NCBI GenBank assembly: GCA_012839865.1
Contig: DUMO01000072.1
Location: 1 to 64,000, forward strand
DNA length: 64,000 bases
Direction: 5' to 3'
DNA from: Clostridiaceae bacterium
GTDB taxonomy: Bacteria; Bacillota; Clostridia; CAYPLH01; DUMO01
Shown: positions 47,692-57,591 of the stretch, one piece after another
Numbering within the stretch: the stretch's first letter is position 1
Layout: each line of letters starts with the position of its first letter
Notes under the pieces: model-generated
What the model was told of the DNA's origin: nothing
What the model saw: only the letters and a program-made list of their open reading frames with translations
The model's database searches: none
Translations under genes and position numbers: made by a program

Positions 47692-49086
47692 ATGCTGAAG
47701 AAGAGTATCAGGGAAATCTATGAAAATTACAAAGGCATAATCGGGCAGGAAGTTGAAATTTCAGGCTGGATAAAGACAATCAGGGCATCAAAGGATTTTG
47801 GATTTATAGAAGTAAATGACGGTACATTTTTCAACAACGTTCAGGTGGTATTTGAAAGAAACAAGATTGATAATTTCGATGAGGTTGAAAAACTGCCGGT
47901 GGGTTCCGCAATAATAGTCGAAGGAATTTTGGTGGAAAGCCCCGGGGTGAAGCAGCCCTTTGAAATACAGGCGGTTAAAGTTATTATCGAAGGAAGCTCC
48001 ACACAGGATTATCCCCTTCAAAAGAAGAGGCATTCCTTTGAATATTTGCGTACCATATCTCATTTGAGACCGAGAACAAACACTTTTTCAGCGGTTTTCA
48101 GAGTAAGGTCAATTGCTGCCTATGCAATTCATAAATTTTTCCAGGAACGCAATTTCGTTTATGTCCATACACCCATTATAACCGGAAGCGATGCCGAAGG
48201 GGCGGGAGAGATGTTTACCGTTACCACCCTTGACATGGAAAACCCGCCCAGGGATAAGGAAGGCAAGATAGACTATTCACAGGATTTCTTCGGTAAAAAA
48301 GCAAACCTTACCGTAAGCGGCCAGTTGTCGGTGGAAGCCTACTGTATGGCATTTAAAAAGGTATACACCTTCGGACCTACTTTCAGGGCCGAGAATTCAA
48401 ACACCGCAAGGCATGCTGCGGAATTCTGGATGGTTGAGCCGGAAATTGCATTTGCCGATCTTAATGATGACATGAAGCTGGCTGAGGATATGCTGAAGTT
48501 TGTCATAAGCTATGTTTTGGAGCATGCTCCCCAGGAAATGGACTTTTTCAGCAATTTCATAGACAAGGACCTGAAACCCCGTCTTGATAATGTTGTAAAT
48601 TCCGCTTTTGAATGCATAACATACACCGAAGCTGTTGAATTGTTAAAGAAAAGCGGAGAAAAGTTCAATTACCCGGTAGAATGGGGCAGGGACCTGCAAA
48701 CCGAGCATGAAAGGTATATAACCGAAAAGGTGTTCAAGAAGCCCGTATTTGTAATCAATTATCCAAAAGAAATCAAAGCCTTCTACATGAGATTGAATGA
48801 CGACGATAAAACAGTTGCGGCTATGGATTTATTGGTGCCGGGTGTTGGAGAGATAATCGGAGGAAGCCAGAGAGAGGAAAGGTACAACCTGCTTGAAAAG
48901 CGAATTAACGAGCTGGGATTTGACATGGATGATTACCGGTGGTATCTGGAACTCAGAAAATTTGGAACTGCAAAGCATGCCGGCTTCGGCCTTGGATTTG
49001 AAAGAGCTATTATGTACATGACCGGTATGTCAAATATAAGGGACGTCATCTCTTACCCAAGGACAGTTGGTTTATTGGAGTTTTAA
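47692..49086 (+). CDS. asnS: Asparagine--tRNA ligase
   Basis: OB fold (GWIKTIR), [40 protein letters not shown] and GFGLGFER. Confidence 0.96.
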   Translation: MLKKSIREIYENYKGIIGQEVEISGWIKTIRASKDFGFIEVNDGTFFNNVQVVFERNKIDNFDEVEKLPVGSAIIVEGILVESPGVKQPFEIQAVKVIIEGSSTQDYPLQKKRHSFEYLRTISHLRPRTNTFSAVFRVRSIAAYAIHKFFQERNFVYVHTPIITGSDAEGAGEMFTVTTLDMENPPRDKEGKIDYSQDFFGKKANLTVSGQLSVEAYCMAFKKVYTFGPTFRAENSNTARHAAEFWMVEPEIAFADLNDDMKLAEDMLKFVISYVLEHAPQEMDFFSNFIDKDLKPRLDNVVNSAFECITYTEAVELLKKSGEKFNYPVEWGRDLQTEHERYITEKVFKKPVFVINYPKEIKAFYMRLNDDDKTVAAMDLLVPGVGEIIGGSQREERYNLLEKRINELGFDMDDYRWYLELRKFGTAKHAGFGLGFERAIMYMTGMSNIRDVISYPRTVGLLEF

Positions 49087-49097
49087 CAGATAGCTGC

Positions 49098-49161
49098 AAG
49101 AATCTCCTGCCTCTGAGCCGCCTTACTCACTTTAGTGAGAGCGTAGGCGGGAGTACGTCAC
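49098..49161 (+). mobile_element. Orphan IS200/IS605-like right-end remnant
   Basis: AAGAATCTCCTGCCT...TAGGCGGGAGTACGTCAC resembles the subterminal hairpin plus TCAC end of tnpB-carrying elements; no tnpA/tnpB nearby. Confidence 0.45.
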
Positions 49162-49258
49162 AAGTACGTGAATCAGACAGGTGACTTGTTTTACATGCCG
49201 GCACCGGTGAATAACAAGCCGGTGGCTGTATGGAACCAGTACTATGTTATAAAAACTT

Positions 49259-49291
49259 AAGCCGGTACTCAAAGCAGAGTACCGGCTTTTT
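49259..49291. terminator. Intrinsic terminator between asnS and ABC pair 2
   Basis: AAGCCGGTACTC-aaagca-GAGTACCGGCTTTTT. Confidence 0.8.
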
Positions 49292-49427
49292 GACATTGGA
49301 CAATGTTCTTTTTATGGAGTCTTTATTTGACATCGTGTGAATGATGGAACTCCTGACCTTGCGATAATGCTCTTTTATTGCAAAACACCCCGCGATAATG
49401 TTCCTTTTTGTGAAGCCTTCAGGCTGC

Positions 49428-51518
49428 TTATTGGGCAATGGTGTCATTCTTATACTGCAGCCTGTAAAGGTTATAATACATGCCCTTTTTCTCCAGGAGC
49501 TCATAATGGTTGCCCATTTCTCTTATTGCGCCCTTGTGGAGCACGATGATGTTGTCCGCATTCTGAATAGTGGACAACCTGTGGGCAATAATGATTGTCG
49601 TCCTGTCACGGGTTATTTTTTTCAATGCATCCTGTATTAATAGTTCTGTTTCAGTATCGATGTTGGCAGTTGCCTCGTCGAGTATAAGTATTGCCGGGTC
49701 AAAGGCCAGGGCTCTTGCGAAGGCAAGCAGCTGCCTTTGTCCTGCTGACAGGGTTGCACCCCTTTCTTTTACTTCATCAGCATATTTTAACGGTAGTTTT
49801 TGAATAAACTTATCGGCATTGACGTATTCAGACACCTTTTTGATTTTTTCATCGGAAATGTCAGTTTCATTGAGCCTGATATTATCCCTGATGTTCCCGC
49901 TGAAAAGGAAAACATCCTGAAGCACGACTGCGATATTTTTTCTCAGGCTTTCTTTTTTGATGGTTCTTATGTCCTCTCCGTCAATCAGAATCCGGCCTTT
50001 CTGTATTTCATAAAATCTTCCTATCAGGTTTATGATGGATGTTTTGCCCGCGCCGGTGGCACCGACGATTGCAACTGTTTTACCGGCCGGAACTTTGAAG
50101 CTCACATTTTTCAAAACCCATTCGTCTTCGTTGTATGCGAACCAGACATCCCTAAACTCAATTTCTCCCTTTATTTTGCCGGGGTCCAGTTCCTTTTCAC
50201 CATTGTCCTCCTCCACAGGGGTGTCCAGTATCATGAATATACGCTCGGAAGATGCCATGGCACCCTGCAGTATATTGTATTTTTGGGCAAGGTCGTTTAT
50301 CGGCTGGAAAAACTGGCTTATATAATTGATAAAAGCATACAGCACACCAAGCTGCAATGTGTTGTCAATTACCCGGATTCCTCCCCGCCATATAACAAGG
50401 GCCACTGTTAGAAATGCAATCATCTCAATTGCCGGCCTGAAAATGCCAAATACGATTATTTCACTCATACCGGCTTTGAAATATTCATTATCGATGCCAC
50501 AGAACTCTTTATATTTTTCCTTTTCCTTATTGAATATCTGAATGATTCTCATTCCTGATATATTTTCCGAAAGAGCTGAATTGATGCGGGCCAGAGTTGT
50601 CCTTATCCTTCGGTACACCTGCCTTGCCTTCATCCGGAAATAAAAGGACACCACCAAAACTAAAGGCATTACCGACAAGCTGATGACTGCAAGGGTTGTG
50701 TTCAGCCTGAACATGATGACAATAATGCCAACCAGCATGAATACATCCTTTAATAACGTAGTCAGCACATTGGTGTACATGTCATTCAGTGTCTCGGTAT
50801 CATTGGTCACCCGGGTAACAAGCCTGCCCACAGGGTTTTTGTCAAAAAAGCTTAAAGGCAGCTTCTGCATTTTGGAGAATATCTCCTGCCGGATGTTATA
50901 GATAATGGTCTGGCCAACGTAACCTAAAAGGTTGAGCTGCAGGTAGTTAAGCAGAAAACCTATAATGATGGCGGCTATGAACAAAGCGCCTATGATGGCG
51001 ACAGCTGTAATATCATTGTTTCTGAATGTTTTAATTTCATTTTTTGAGAGCAGTCTTGCAGGCCAGGTTTTGCCCTCAATATCATATGAATAACCAAACT
51101 CATCTGCTGAAGCGGGGTTCTTCTGCAGAGTCCCCCTTGAGTCGCTTCCGGGAAAACCCTTTACAATAAATACCTGGTTATCAACGTACAAAAGTGAGTA
51201 AACCCTTTCCACGGGAATATTCTCCGGCACTTTGTCCACTCTCTTGTATATCATGCCGCCAAATTCGATTCCTTTTTCCCCGGAGGATGGTTCATAGGCG
51301 ACCATTGGCTTGGAATCCACGTTAATATAATCATCTATTGCAATTTTGGACAAATAGGGTCTTGCAAGGTCGATCAGGGTTGAGCATAGAAGCAAAATTA
51401 TTGCCAGCAGGAAATGTTTCCAGTAATTTTTGGCATAGGATAAAAGCCTTCTCATCAACCGGGCATCGTAAGCTTTGCCGAGAACCTCTTCTTCCTGAAA
51501 ATTTTGTCTGTCTGCCAT
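49428..51518 (-). CDS. ABC exporter half-transporter, BmrD/YheH-like, with extracytoplasmic insertion (pair 2B)
   Basis: GATGAGKT, LSAGQ, ILDEAT, AHR; about 110-aa insertion between TM1 and TM2. Confidence 0.93.
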   Translation of the reverse strand: MADRQNFQEEEVLGKAYDARLMRRLLSYAKNYWKHFLLAIILLLCSTLIDLARPYLSKIAIDDYINVDSKPMVAYEPSSGEKGIEFGGMIYKRVDKVPENIPVERVYSLLYVDNQVFIVKGFPGSDSRGTLQKNPASADEFGYSYDIEGKTWPARLLSKNEIKTFRNNDITAVAIIGALFIAAIIIGFLLNYLQLNLLGYVGQTIIYNIRQEIFSKMQKLPLSFFDKNPVGRLVTRVTNDTETLNDMYTNVLTTLLKDVFMLVGIIVIMFRLNTTLAVISLSVMPLVLVVSFYFRMKARQVYRRIRTTLARINSALSENISGMRIIQIFNKEKEKYKEFCGIDNEYFKAGMSEIIVFGIFRPAIEMIAFLTVALVIWRGGIRVIDNTLQLGVLYAFINYISQFFQPINDLAQKYNILQGAMASSERIFMILDTPVEEDNGEKELDPGKIKGEIEFRDVWFAYNEDEWVLKNVSFKVPAGKTVAIVGATGAGKTSIINLIGRFYEIQKGRILIDGEDIRTIKKESLRKNIAVVLQDVFLFSGNIRDNIRLNETDISDEKIKKVSEYVNADKFIQKLPLKYADEVKERGATLSAGQRQLLAFARALAFDPAILILDEATANIDTETELLIQDALKKITRDRTTIIIAHRLSTIQNADNIIVLHKGAIREMGNHYELLEKKGMYYNLYRLQYKNDTIAQ

Positions 51519-51520
51519 AA

Positions 51521-53269
51521 CTATTCCACCCTTTCCAGCTCTTCTTTGAGAAGCTGTTTTTGGTATAAATCATAATATATTCCCTTTTGCGCAAGCAGGG
51601 TGTCATGGGTGCCCCGTTCGGTAATTTCACCATTGTGCAGCACTATTATTTCATCTGCGTCCTTTATTGTGGAAATCCTGTGTGAAATAATGATGCTGGT
51701 TCTTTTTTGAAGCTCCACCTTGAGCTTTTTCAATATTTGCTCTTCAGTGTAGGTATCTACCGCAGATAAGCAATCATCCAGGATCAGAATTTTTGGATTG
51801 CGGTTCAAGGCCCTTGCAATGGCTATTCTCTGCTTTTGACCTCCGGAAAGATTGACACCCCGCTCTCCAACAAAGGTATTGAAACCATCGGGGAATTCCA
51901 TTATGTTGTCATATATCATTGAAGTTTTTGCAGCCCTTTCCACGCTTTCAGGTCCCTGCCCCTCGAAAAAGTCTATGTTTTCATATATTGTGGCCGAAAA
52001 CAAAAATGTATCCTGTGGAACATAACCAATACTGCTCCTTAATACCTTAAGGGGAATCTTGTATATATCAACCCCGTCGATTAAAAGACTTCCGGAAGGT
52101 GTATTGTAAAGCCTCGGTATCAGGTTGGCCAGGGTTGTCTTTCCGCTTCCTGTATGACCTACTATGGCCAGAGTTTTGCCTTCTTCAATTGCTATATTTA
52201 TATTTTTGAGTACAGGCTCATTGTTTCCGGGGTAGGAAAAAGTAAGGTTGTTGAATGTAATCGCACCCCGAATTTCTTTAATTGATGTGTCAGTGCCGGC
52301 ATCAGTAATTTCCGGCTTCTCATCCAGTATATTGTTGATTCTCTCTATGGAGACGGTACCTCTTTGAATCATGCTTGTTATCCAGCCTACAGAAGCAATC
52401 GGCCATACCAGCATTGCCAGATAGCCCGTAAAAGCAACAAAGTCCCCCAGGGATATCTCAGCATACATTACCATGATACCGCCATACCAAAGGGCAATTG
52501 CGGTGGAAAGAGCTGAAATCCCCATTATAAAAGGGAACAGTAGCCTCATTATTCTGATGAGCCGAAGATTCATTTCCTTGTTGTGGCGGTTTACTTTTTC
52601 AAATTTGTATATCTCCTTCAATTCCTGCGCAAAGGACTTTATTACCCGTATGCCTGAAAAGTTTTCCCTTGCAGTTTCAGTCAGCTGGGAAAAAGCCTCC
52701 TGCATATTGTGGTAGCGGCTGTGCATTTCCTTTACAAAGAAAACAATTACCAGCCCCAGGAATAAAAGAGGCAGGATTGATATCAGGCTTAGCTTGATAC
52801 CTGCGGTGGTAAACATCATCACCACTGCAATTACAGGTATGACCAGGCTGTCCACAATCATAATAATGCCAATTCCGAAGGCTTCTCTGATTTGAGCTAT
52901 GTCATTGGTGGCATGGGCCATAAGGTCCCCGGTTTTGTGATTGTTGTAATAATTCAGCGACAGGGTTTGAAGATGATCATAAAACCGTCTTCTTAGCTTG
53001 CTTTCAATATTTCTGGAGGCACCAAGCACTAGATATCTCCACAGAAAACGGAAAACAGCTATGCCAAATGAGAGCAGGCACACAAGAAGAATGTAATATA
53101 ACAATCCGCCTTTTGAAATGCCGCCTTCTTTCAATAAATCGGTTATTTTTCCATAGAGCCTGGGCAGTATAAGCTGTGCGCCGTCGGTTGCAAGAAGTGA
53201 CATTATCCCGATCAGGTATCTATACTTATTTTCAGCGATAAAATCACTTATATGGCGGAATTTTTTCAT
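51521..53269 (-). CDS. ABC exporter half-transporter, BmrC/YheI-like (pair 2A)
   Basis: KTGDLMAHATND, GHTGSGKT, LSGGQ, ILDDCLS (degenerate Walker B), SHR. Confidence 0.93.
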   Translation of the reverse strand: MKKFRHISDFIAENKYRYLIGIMSLLATDGAQLILPRLYGKITDLLKEGGISKGGLLYYILLVCLLSFGIAVFRFLWRYLVLGASRNIESKLRRRFYDHLQTLSLNYYNNHKTGDLMAHATNDIAQIREAFGIGIIMIVDSLVIPVIAVVMMFTTAGIKLSLISILPLLFLGLVIVFFVKEMHSRYHNMQEAFSQLTETARENFSGIRVIKSFAQELKEIYKFEKVNRHNKEMNLRLIRIMRLLFPFIMGISALSTAIALWYGGIMVMYAEISLGDFVAFTGYLAMLVWPIASVGWITSMIQRGTVSIERINNILDEKPEITDAGTDTSIKEIRGAITFNNLTFSYPGNNEPVLKNINIAIEEGKTLAIVGHTGSGKTTLANLIPRLYNTPSGSLLIDGVDIYKIPLKVLRSSIGYVPQDTFLFSATIYENIDFFEGQGPESVERAAKTSMIYDNIMEFPDGFNTFVGERGVNLSGGQKQRIAIARALNRNPKILILDDCLSAVDTYTEEQILKKLKVELQKRTSIIISHRISTIKDADEIIVLHNGEITERGTHDTLLAQKGIYYDLYQKQLLKEELERVE

Positions 53270-53347
53270 AGCAACACCTCAATATTAAAGACCTGACAGG
53301 TCTGGATATTTTTCAGGTCATTTTTTTTATTTCAATAAAAATCCGGT

Positions 53348-53470
53348 AAAAAAAGCTGTACGCCTTACACTCTCCCGTGTTCAAGGCAAACAGCGAAAAG
53401 AGAATTGCAAGAACCCCGGACAGATTTGCTACCCCTAAGATATAATACCTTTTATTTTATGCAATTGCAA
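53348..53470 (-). promoter_or_regulatory. Promoter plus terminator-containing leader (attenuator) of ABC pair 2
   Basis: TTGCAA-17 nt-TATTAT (53470-53442), then GCTGT-TT-GCCTTGAACAC-GGGAGA-GTGTAAGGC-GT-ACAGC-TTTTTTT ending 79 nt before the start codon. Confidence 0.7.
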
Positions 53471-53500
53471 TATAACAGAGACCAGCGCGAGGACACCGGG

Positions 53501-53733
53501 ACAGGGGACGGTTAATGTGAAAGAGTGTCATGGGGACTTCTTCTGACACACTTTTGTATCATGAGGATGGTTAATGTGAAAACAGATTACTTCTCTGCGG
53601 ATTGTTATCATGAATGCATCTGTGTCAGGTAAATGTCATGGATGTTCTGTGTCTCGATAACCAGGAGGGATAGTTCTTCTGCTCTCCCTGGGCATGCGAC
53701 AGGTGACTGCGAGACACAGAACCGTCCCCTGTC
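53501..53733. repeat. REPIN-like unit bounded by inverted GGGGACGGTT cores
   Basis: ACAGGGGACGGTT (53501) and AACCGTCCCCTGT (53720) enclose about 230 bp containing a repeated GGTTAATGTGAAA. Confidence 0.6.
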
Positions 53734-53835
53734 TTGTTTCACAGGAACTGCCCCTGGTCACTGCATTGATTAAACAAATTTGTTGGCATATAATTAGAGC
53801 ATGCAGATCTGAACTTGAATCAGAGGGGGATTGAA

Positions 53836-55197
53836 ATGAGTTTTAATATCGTATATAAGGAAAACAAGCTGATACTTCCTGAATTTGACTGTGACTGCGG
53901 TATGAATCACAATACACCGGAAATGGACATTTATATTGGCAGCGGAATTATTGAAAATTGTGCCGAGTACATAAAGAAGAGTATTGCCGGGAAGAATGCG
54001 CTGGTTGTGGCGGATAACAATACATGGGAAGTTGCAGGTTCCAAAGTTGTCAAAATATTATCCGATGCCGGGTTTCACATGGTTAACTGCATTCTGAAAA
54101 GGGAAGGCAAGCTTGAGCCTGACCAGACGGCCCTGGGAGAAATCATGCTGGCTGTTGAGCCTGATACCGAATTCATCGTGGCCGTGGGCTCCGGGGTTAT
54201 AAACGACCTTTCAAGGTATGCAGCCTATTGCATAGGAAAACCGCTGGTAAGCATAGGCACCGCTCCCTCCATGGATGGATACACTTCCGTGATTTCTTCG
54301 CTTCACAACAAAAACCTGGTGATGACAAAGCACGATAAATATGCAAGAGTGCTTGTCTGCGATGTGGATATAATGAGAAATGCGCCTTACGACATGATGA
54401 TTTCAGGGTTTGGTGATGTTTTGGGGAAATTCATATCAAAAGCAGACTGGACACTGGGGAAAATAGTCAATAATGAAGTTTGCTGCCCTGTTTGTCTTGA
54501 AATTTTAACCCTGGCCCTGAATAAGTGCATCAACAATATAGACGGCATCAGAAACAGGACAAGGGAGGGTGTCCAAAGCCTGATTGAGGCTTTGATTCTC
54601 ACGGGGCTCACAATATTAATATGCGGGCAGACGCGGCCTGTAGCATCCATTGAGCATAACATGGCCCATTTTTGGGACATGATGAAGCTTCAGGACGGTG
54701 AGGAATCACCTGCCCACGGGACTTCTGTAGGTGTGGGAACGGTATATGCCGCCAGGTTTTTTGACCTGTTCTTTAAGATTGATACAAGCAGCCTGAACAA
54801 ATCCGAGATAAGAAAGAGAAAGAAAACAAAAGAGCAGTGGGAAAAAGAGGTCTTGGAATGTTACGGAGAAGTTTTGGGACCGTCAATATTGAAGAACAAT
54901 CCTGATGAATACATAGATTGGGACGAGCAGGAAAGGCGAATTGACACGGTTATTTCCAACATGGACCGAATTAAAAAGGAACTGAGCTTTCTTCCGACAG
55001 GAAGCAGAATGATTGAGATAATGAATCAAATAGGAGCTCCTGTAAAAGCCGGACAATTGGACATTGACAGGAAACTGCTGAAAGATGCTTTAATGTATGG
55101 GAAAGATTACAGGTCACGTTATACGGTATTTAAAACTGCAAATGAGTTGGGACTTCTTGAGGAATTTGTGGACAAGCTGCTGGAGGAGGATGAATAA
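53836..55197 (+). CDS. sn-glycerol-1-phosphate dehydrogenase family protein (AraM/EgsA-like)
   Basis: VGSGVINDLSRY, PSMDGYTS, SGFGD, SIEHNMAH and AHGTSVGVG metal-binding His motifs; start at ATG 53836. Confidence 0.85.
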   Translation: MSFNIVYKENKLILPEFDCDCGMNHNTPEMDIYIGSGIIENCAEYIKKSIAGKNALVVADNNTWEVAGSKVVKILSDAGFHMVNCILKREGKLEPDQTALGEIMLAVEPDTEFIVAVGSGVINDLSRYAAYCIGKPLVSIGTAPSMDGYTSVISSLHNKNLVMTKHDKYARVLVCDVDIMRNAPYDMMISGFGDVLGKFISKADWTLGKIVNNEVCCPVCLEILTLALNKCINNIDGIRNRTREGVQSLIEALILTGLTILICGQTRPVASIEHNMAHFWDMMKLQDGEESPAHGTSVGVGTVYAARFFDLFFKIDTSSLNKSEIRKRKKTKEQWEKEVLECYGEVLGPSILKNNPDEYIDWDEQERRIDTVISNMDRIKKELSFLPTGSRMIEIMNQIGAPVKAGQLDIDRKLLKDALMYGKDYRSRYTVFKTANELGLLEEFVDKLLEEDE

Positions 55198-55347
55198 AGA
55201 ACCAAAGAAATCGCAGTTTTGGGTAGTTGCGGTTTTCAGCAGATACCGGAGGGGTATAAGATTCTGCGGCATTGCCCTGGATTAGCCGGGAATGGTTATT
55301 TTTGATTTAAAGATGCCATTGAAGTATCAAATGGAGGTTTAAATGTA

Positions 55348-56139
55348 ATGGGGAAAGATACAGCTGTTTTAAAGAAAAAGAAATTGTTTGTGCTCGATAT
55401 GGACGGAACCTTCTACCTTGGAAGCAATATAATCGACGGGTCCTTAAGATTTATCGGAAAGTTGAGGGAATACAAGAAAGATTTTTTATTTTATACCAAC
55501 AACTCATCGAGGGATTCGGAATTCTATTTGAAGAAACTTGGGGGAATGGGACTGGACCTTGAAGGGGTGAGGGTTGTAACCTCCGGAGACATAACTGTCG
55601 ACTACCTGCAGAAGCACTTTCGCAAAAAGCAGGTTTACCTTGTTGGAACGGAATTTCTTGAGCGAAACTTCAGAAGAGCCGGCATTGAGCTGGCACAGCA
55701 CAGGGCTGACGTTGTGGTGATGGGTTTTGATACCACGCTGACATATGAAAAAATATCAAAAGCCTGTAAGTTTATCAGGGAAGGAGCGGTTTTTTTAGCG
55801 ACAAACCCGGATTTGAACTGTCCCATTGAGCATGGCTTTATTCCCGACTGCGGTTCCATGTGCCGCATGATTACGGCTTCCACCGGTGTTGAGCCGAAAT
55901 ACCTTGGGAAACCCTATAAGGAAACCATTGAAGGAATAAAGAACATTACAGGTTGTGACAATGATGACATGGTATTTATAGGGGACAGGCTGTATACCGA
56001 CATTGCCATAGGTGCGCAAAACGGTATAACAAGTATTCTTGTGCTGACAGGTGAAGCAACATTAAAGGATCTTGAAGAGTCGCCGGTACAGCCTGATTTT
56101 GTTTTTGATTCCCTCGCTCATATAATTGAGTATTTATAA
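55348..56139 (+). CDS. HAD-IIA family phosphatase (NagD/AraL-like)
   Basis: LDMDGT, YTNNS, ATNPD..CP, GKP, FIGDRLYTDI and LVLTGE. Confidence 0.92.
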   Translation: MGKDTAVLKKKKLFVLDMDGTFYLGSNIIDGSLRFIGKLREYKKDFLFYTNNSSRDSEFYLKKLGGMGLDLEGVRVVTSGDITVDYLQKHFRKKQVYLVGTEFLERNFRRAGIELAQHRADVVVMGFDTTLTYEKISKACKFIREGAVFLATNPDLNCPIEHGFIPDCGSMCRMITASTGVEPKYLGKPYKETIEGIKNITGCDNDDMVFIGDRLYTDIAIGAQNGITSILVLTGEATLKDLEESPVQPDFVFDSLAHIIEYL

Positions 56140-56445
56140 ATATAAATGCAAAAGCGGGTGGGAAAACAGGAAAAAAGTTGTGTATCAACTTATTTTTAAG
56201 CTTTGAATCAAATTGATATATGTTAAAACAGACAGTCATAGATATTACATGAAATAATTCGATTTGGAATAATTCAGCGGTACAGTATATAGCCAAAGTC
56301 CAAATCAGGTTTAAAACGTCCCAAACTAATTAAATCCGACGTTTTATTTGCAATCGGTTCTGCTATAATAAAATCAAAATTTAAGGAAAACCAAATCAGG
56401 TGGTATTATAGCAAACAAATAAAAAATTAAAGTAATTGGATGTAT

Positions 56446-56520
56446 CCGAGTAGTATTAATAGGTCTGGTAATTTGCATAAAAGGAGTTGACACCTTTAAT
56501 ACAACTCGGTTTTATTTTTG
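56446..56520 (+). promoter_or_regulatory. Structured leader with terminator-like hairpin upstream of the ATP-grasp gene
   Basis: 56446-56464 pairs with 56492-56509 (about 17 bp), followed by TTTTATTTTT; extended -10 TGCTATAAT at 56361-56369. Confidence 0.55.
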
Positions 56521-56559
56521 GCAAAAATAATATTTATATAAGAAAGTTTGGTGTTAATA

Positions 56560-57579
56560 ATGGAAAGTGATGCTGTTCCGCTGTATGTTGTAGGTTTGAC
56601 TTACAACTTGAAAAAAGGCATTGCCTCCGAGGTTGAAGACCTTGAAGCAGAGTATGATGATATAAGCACAGTACATGCAATAAGAGATTCTCTTAAAAAA
56701 GCCGGTTTAAAAGTTGAATTGATTGAAGCTGATGAAAATATTTTTTACAGGCTTCAGGATGCAAAACCGGACATTGTGTTCAATATTGCCGAAGGCCTCC
56801 GTGGGAGAGGAAGAGAAGCACAGATACCCGCTATTTTGACCCACTGTGGCATACCTTTCACAGGCTCCGACGAAACAACTCTGTGTATTGCTCTGGACAA
56901 AGCATTAACTAAAAGATTGCTCGCAAGTTACAGAATCAAGACACCCAGGTATAAAGTCATTGACGGTGTCAATACAGGCTCAATTCGAAATTTCAATTTC
57001 CCGCTTATTGTAAAACCGAATGCTGAAGGCTCAAGTAAAGGAATTTCCGAACACGCTATAGTGAAAAACCCGGAAGAATTAAAAAGGCAGGTTCGTATGG
57101 AATATGAAGCATACGGACAGCAGCTTCTGGTTGAGGAATTTATCCGTGGGCGGGAGTTTACGGTAGGAATCATTGGAAACGGTAGCGAGACAAGAGTGCT
57201 GCCCCCCATGGAAATTGTATATAACGATAAAAATTCAAAAAACAACATATACAGCTACAATGTCAAGAAAAACTATGAGAAATACGTTACCTATGTTTGT
57301 CCTCCGGACCTTGATAAAAAGCTGTTGGACAAAATTGAGCGGACTTCAGGAAAAATATATGAAGTACTTCAATGCAAGGATTTTTCAAGAATTGACTTTA
57401 GGATGGATGAAAAAGGAGAATTATATTTTATTGAAATCAACCCTCTTCCCGGGCTTGCGCCAGGGTACAGCGATTATCCCATGCTGGCAGGATTCAGCGG
57501 CATAGGCTATAACGAATTGATTTTAATGATATTAAACAGCGCACTGAAAAGATACGGCATGAAAACCGTCAATGTGTAG
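56560..57579 (+). CDS. ATP-grasp ligase, D-Ala-D-Ala ligase-like but with a divergent N-terminus
   Basis: PLIVKPNAEGSSKGI, LVEEFI.GREFTVG, SRIDFR and FIEINPLPG; lacks the Ddl N-terminal GG.S.E motif, having GLTYNLK...EAEYDD instead. Confidence 0.85.
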   Translation: MESDAVPLYVVGLTYNLKKGIASEVEDLEAEYDDISTVHAIRDSLKKAGLKVELIEADENIFYRLQDAKPDIVFNIAEGLRGRGREAQIPAILTHCGIPFTGSDETTLCIALDKALTKRLLASYRIKTPRYKVIDGVNTGSIRNFNFPLIVKPNAEGSSKGISEHAIVKNPEELKRQVRMEYEAYGQQLLVEEFIRGREFTVGIIGNGSETRVLPPMEIVYNDKNSKNNIYSYNVKKNYEKYVTYVCPPDLDKKLLDKIERTSGKIYEVLQCKDFSRIDFRMDEKGELYFIEINPLPGLAPGYSDYPMLAGFSGIGYNELILMILNSALKRYGMKTVNV

Positions 57580-57591
57580 GAGGTGACGGTA

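Noticed and set aside
56560..57579. Annotation as ddl or van-type resistance ligase
   Set aside because: Missing the Ddl N-terminal signature, no vanH/vanX/vanRS or mur genes nearby, and tightly coupled to kamA.
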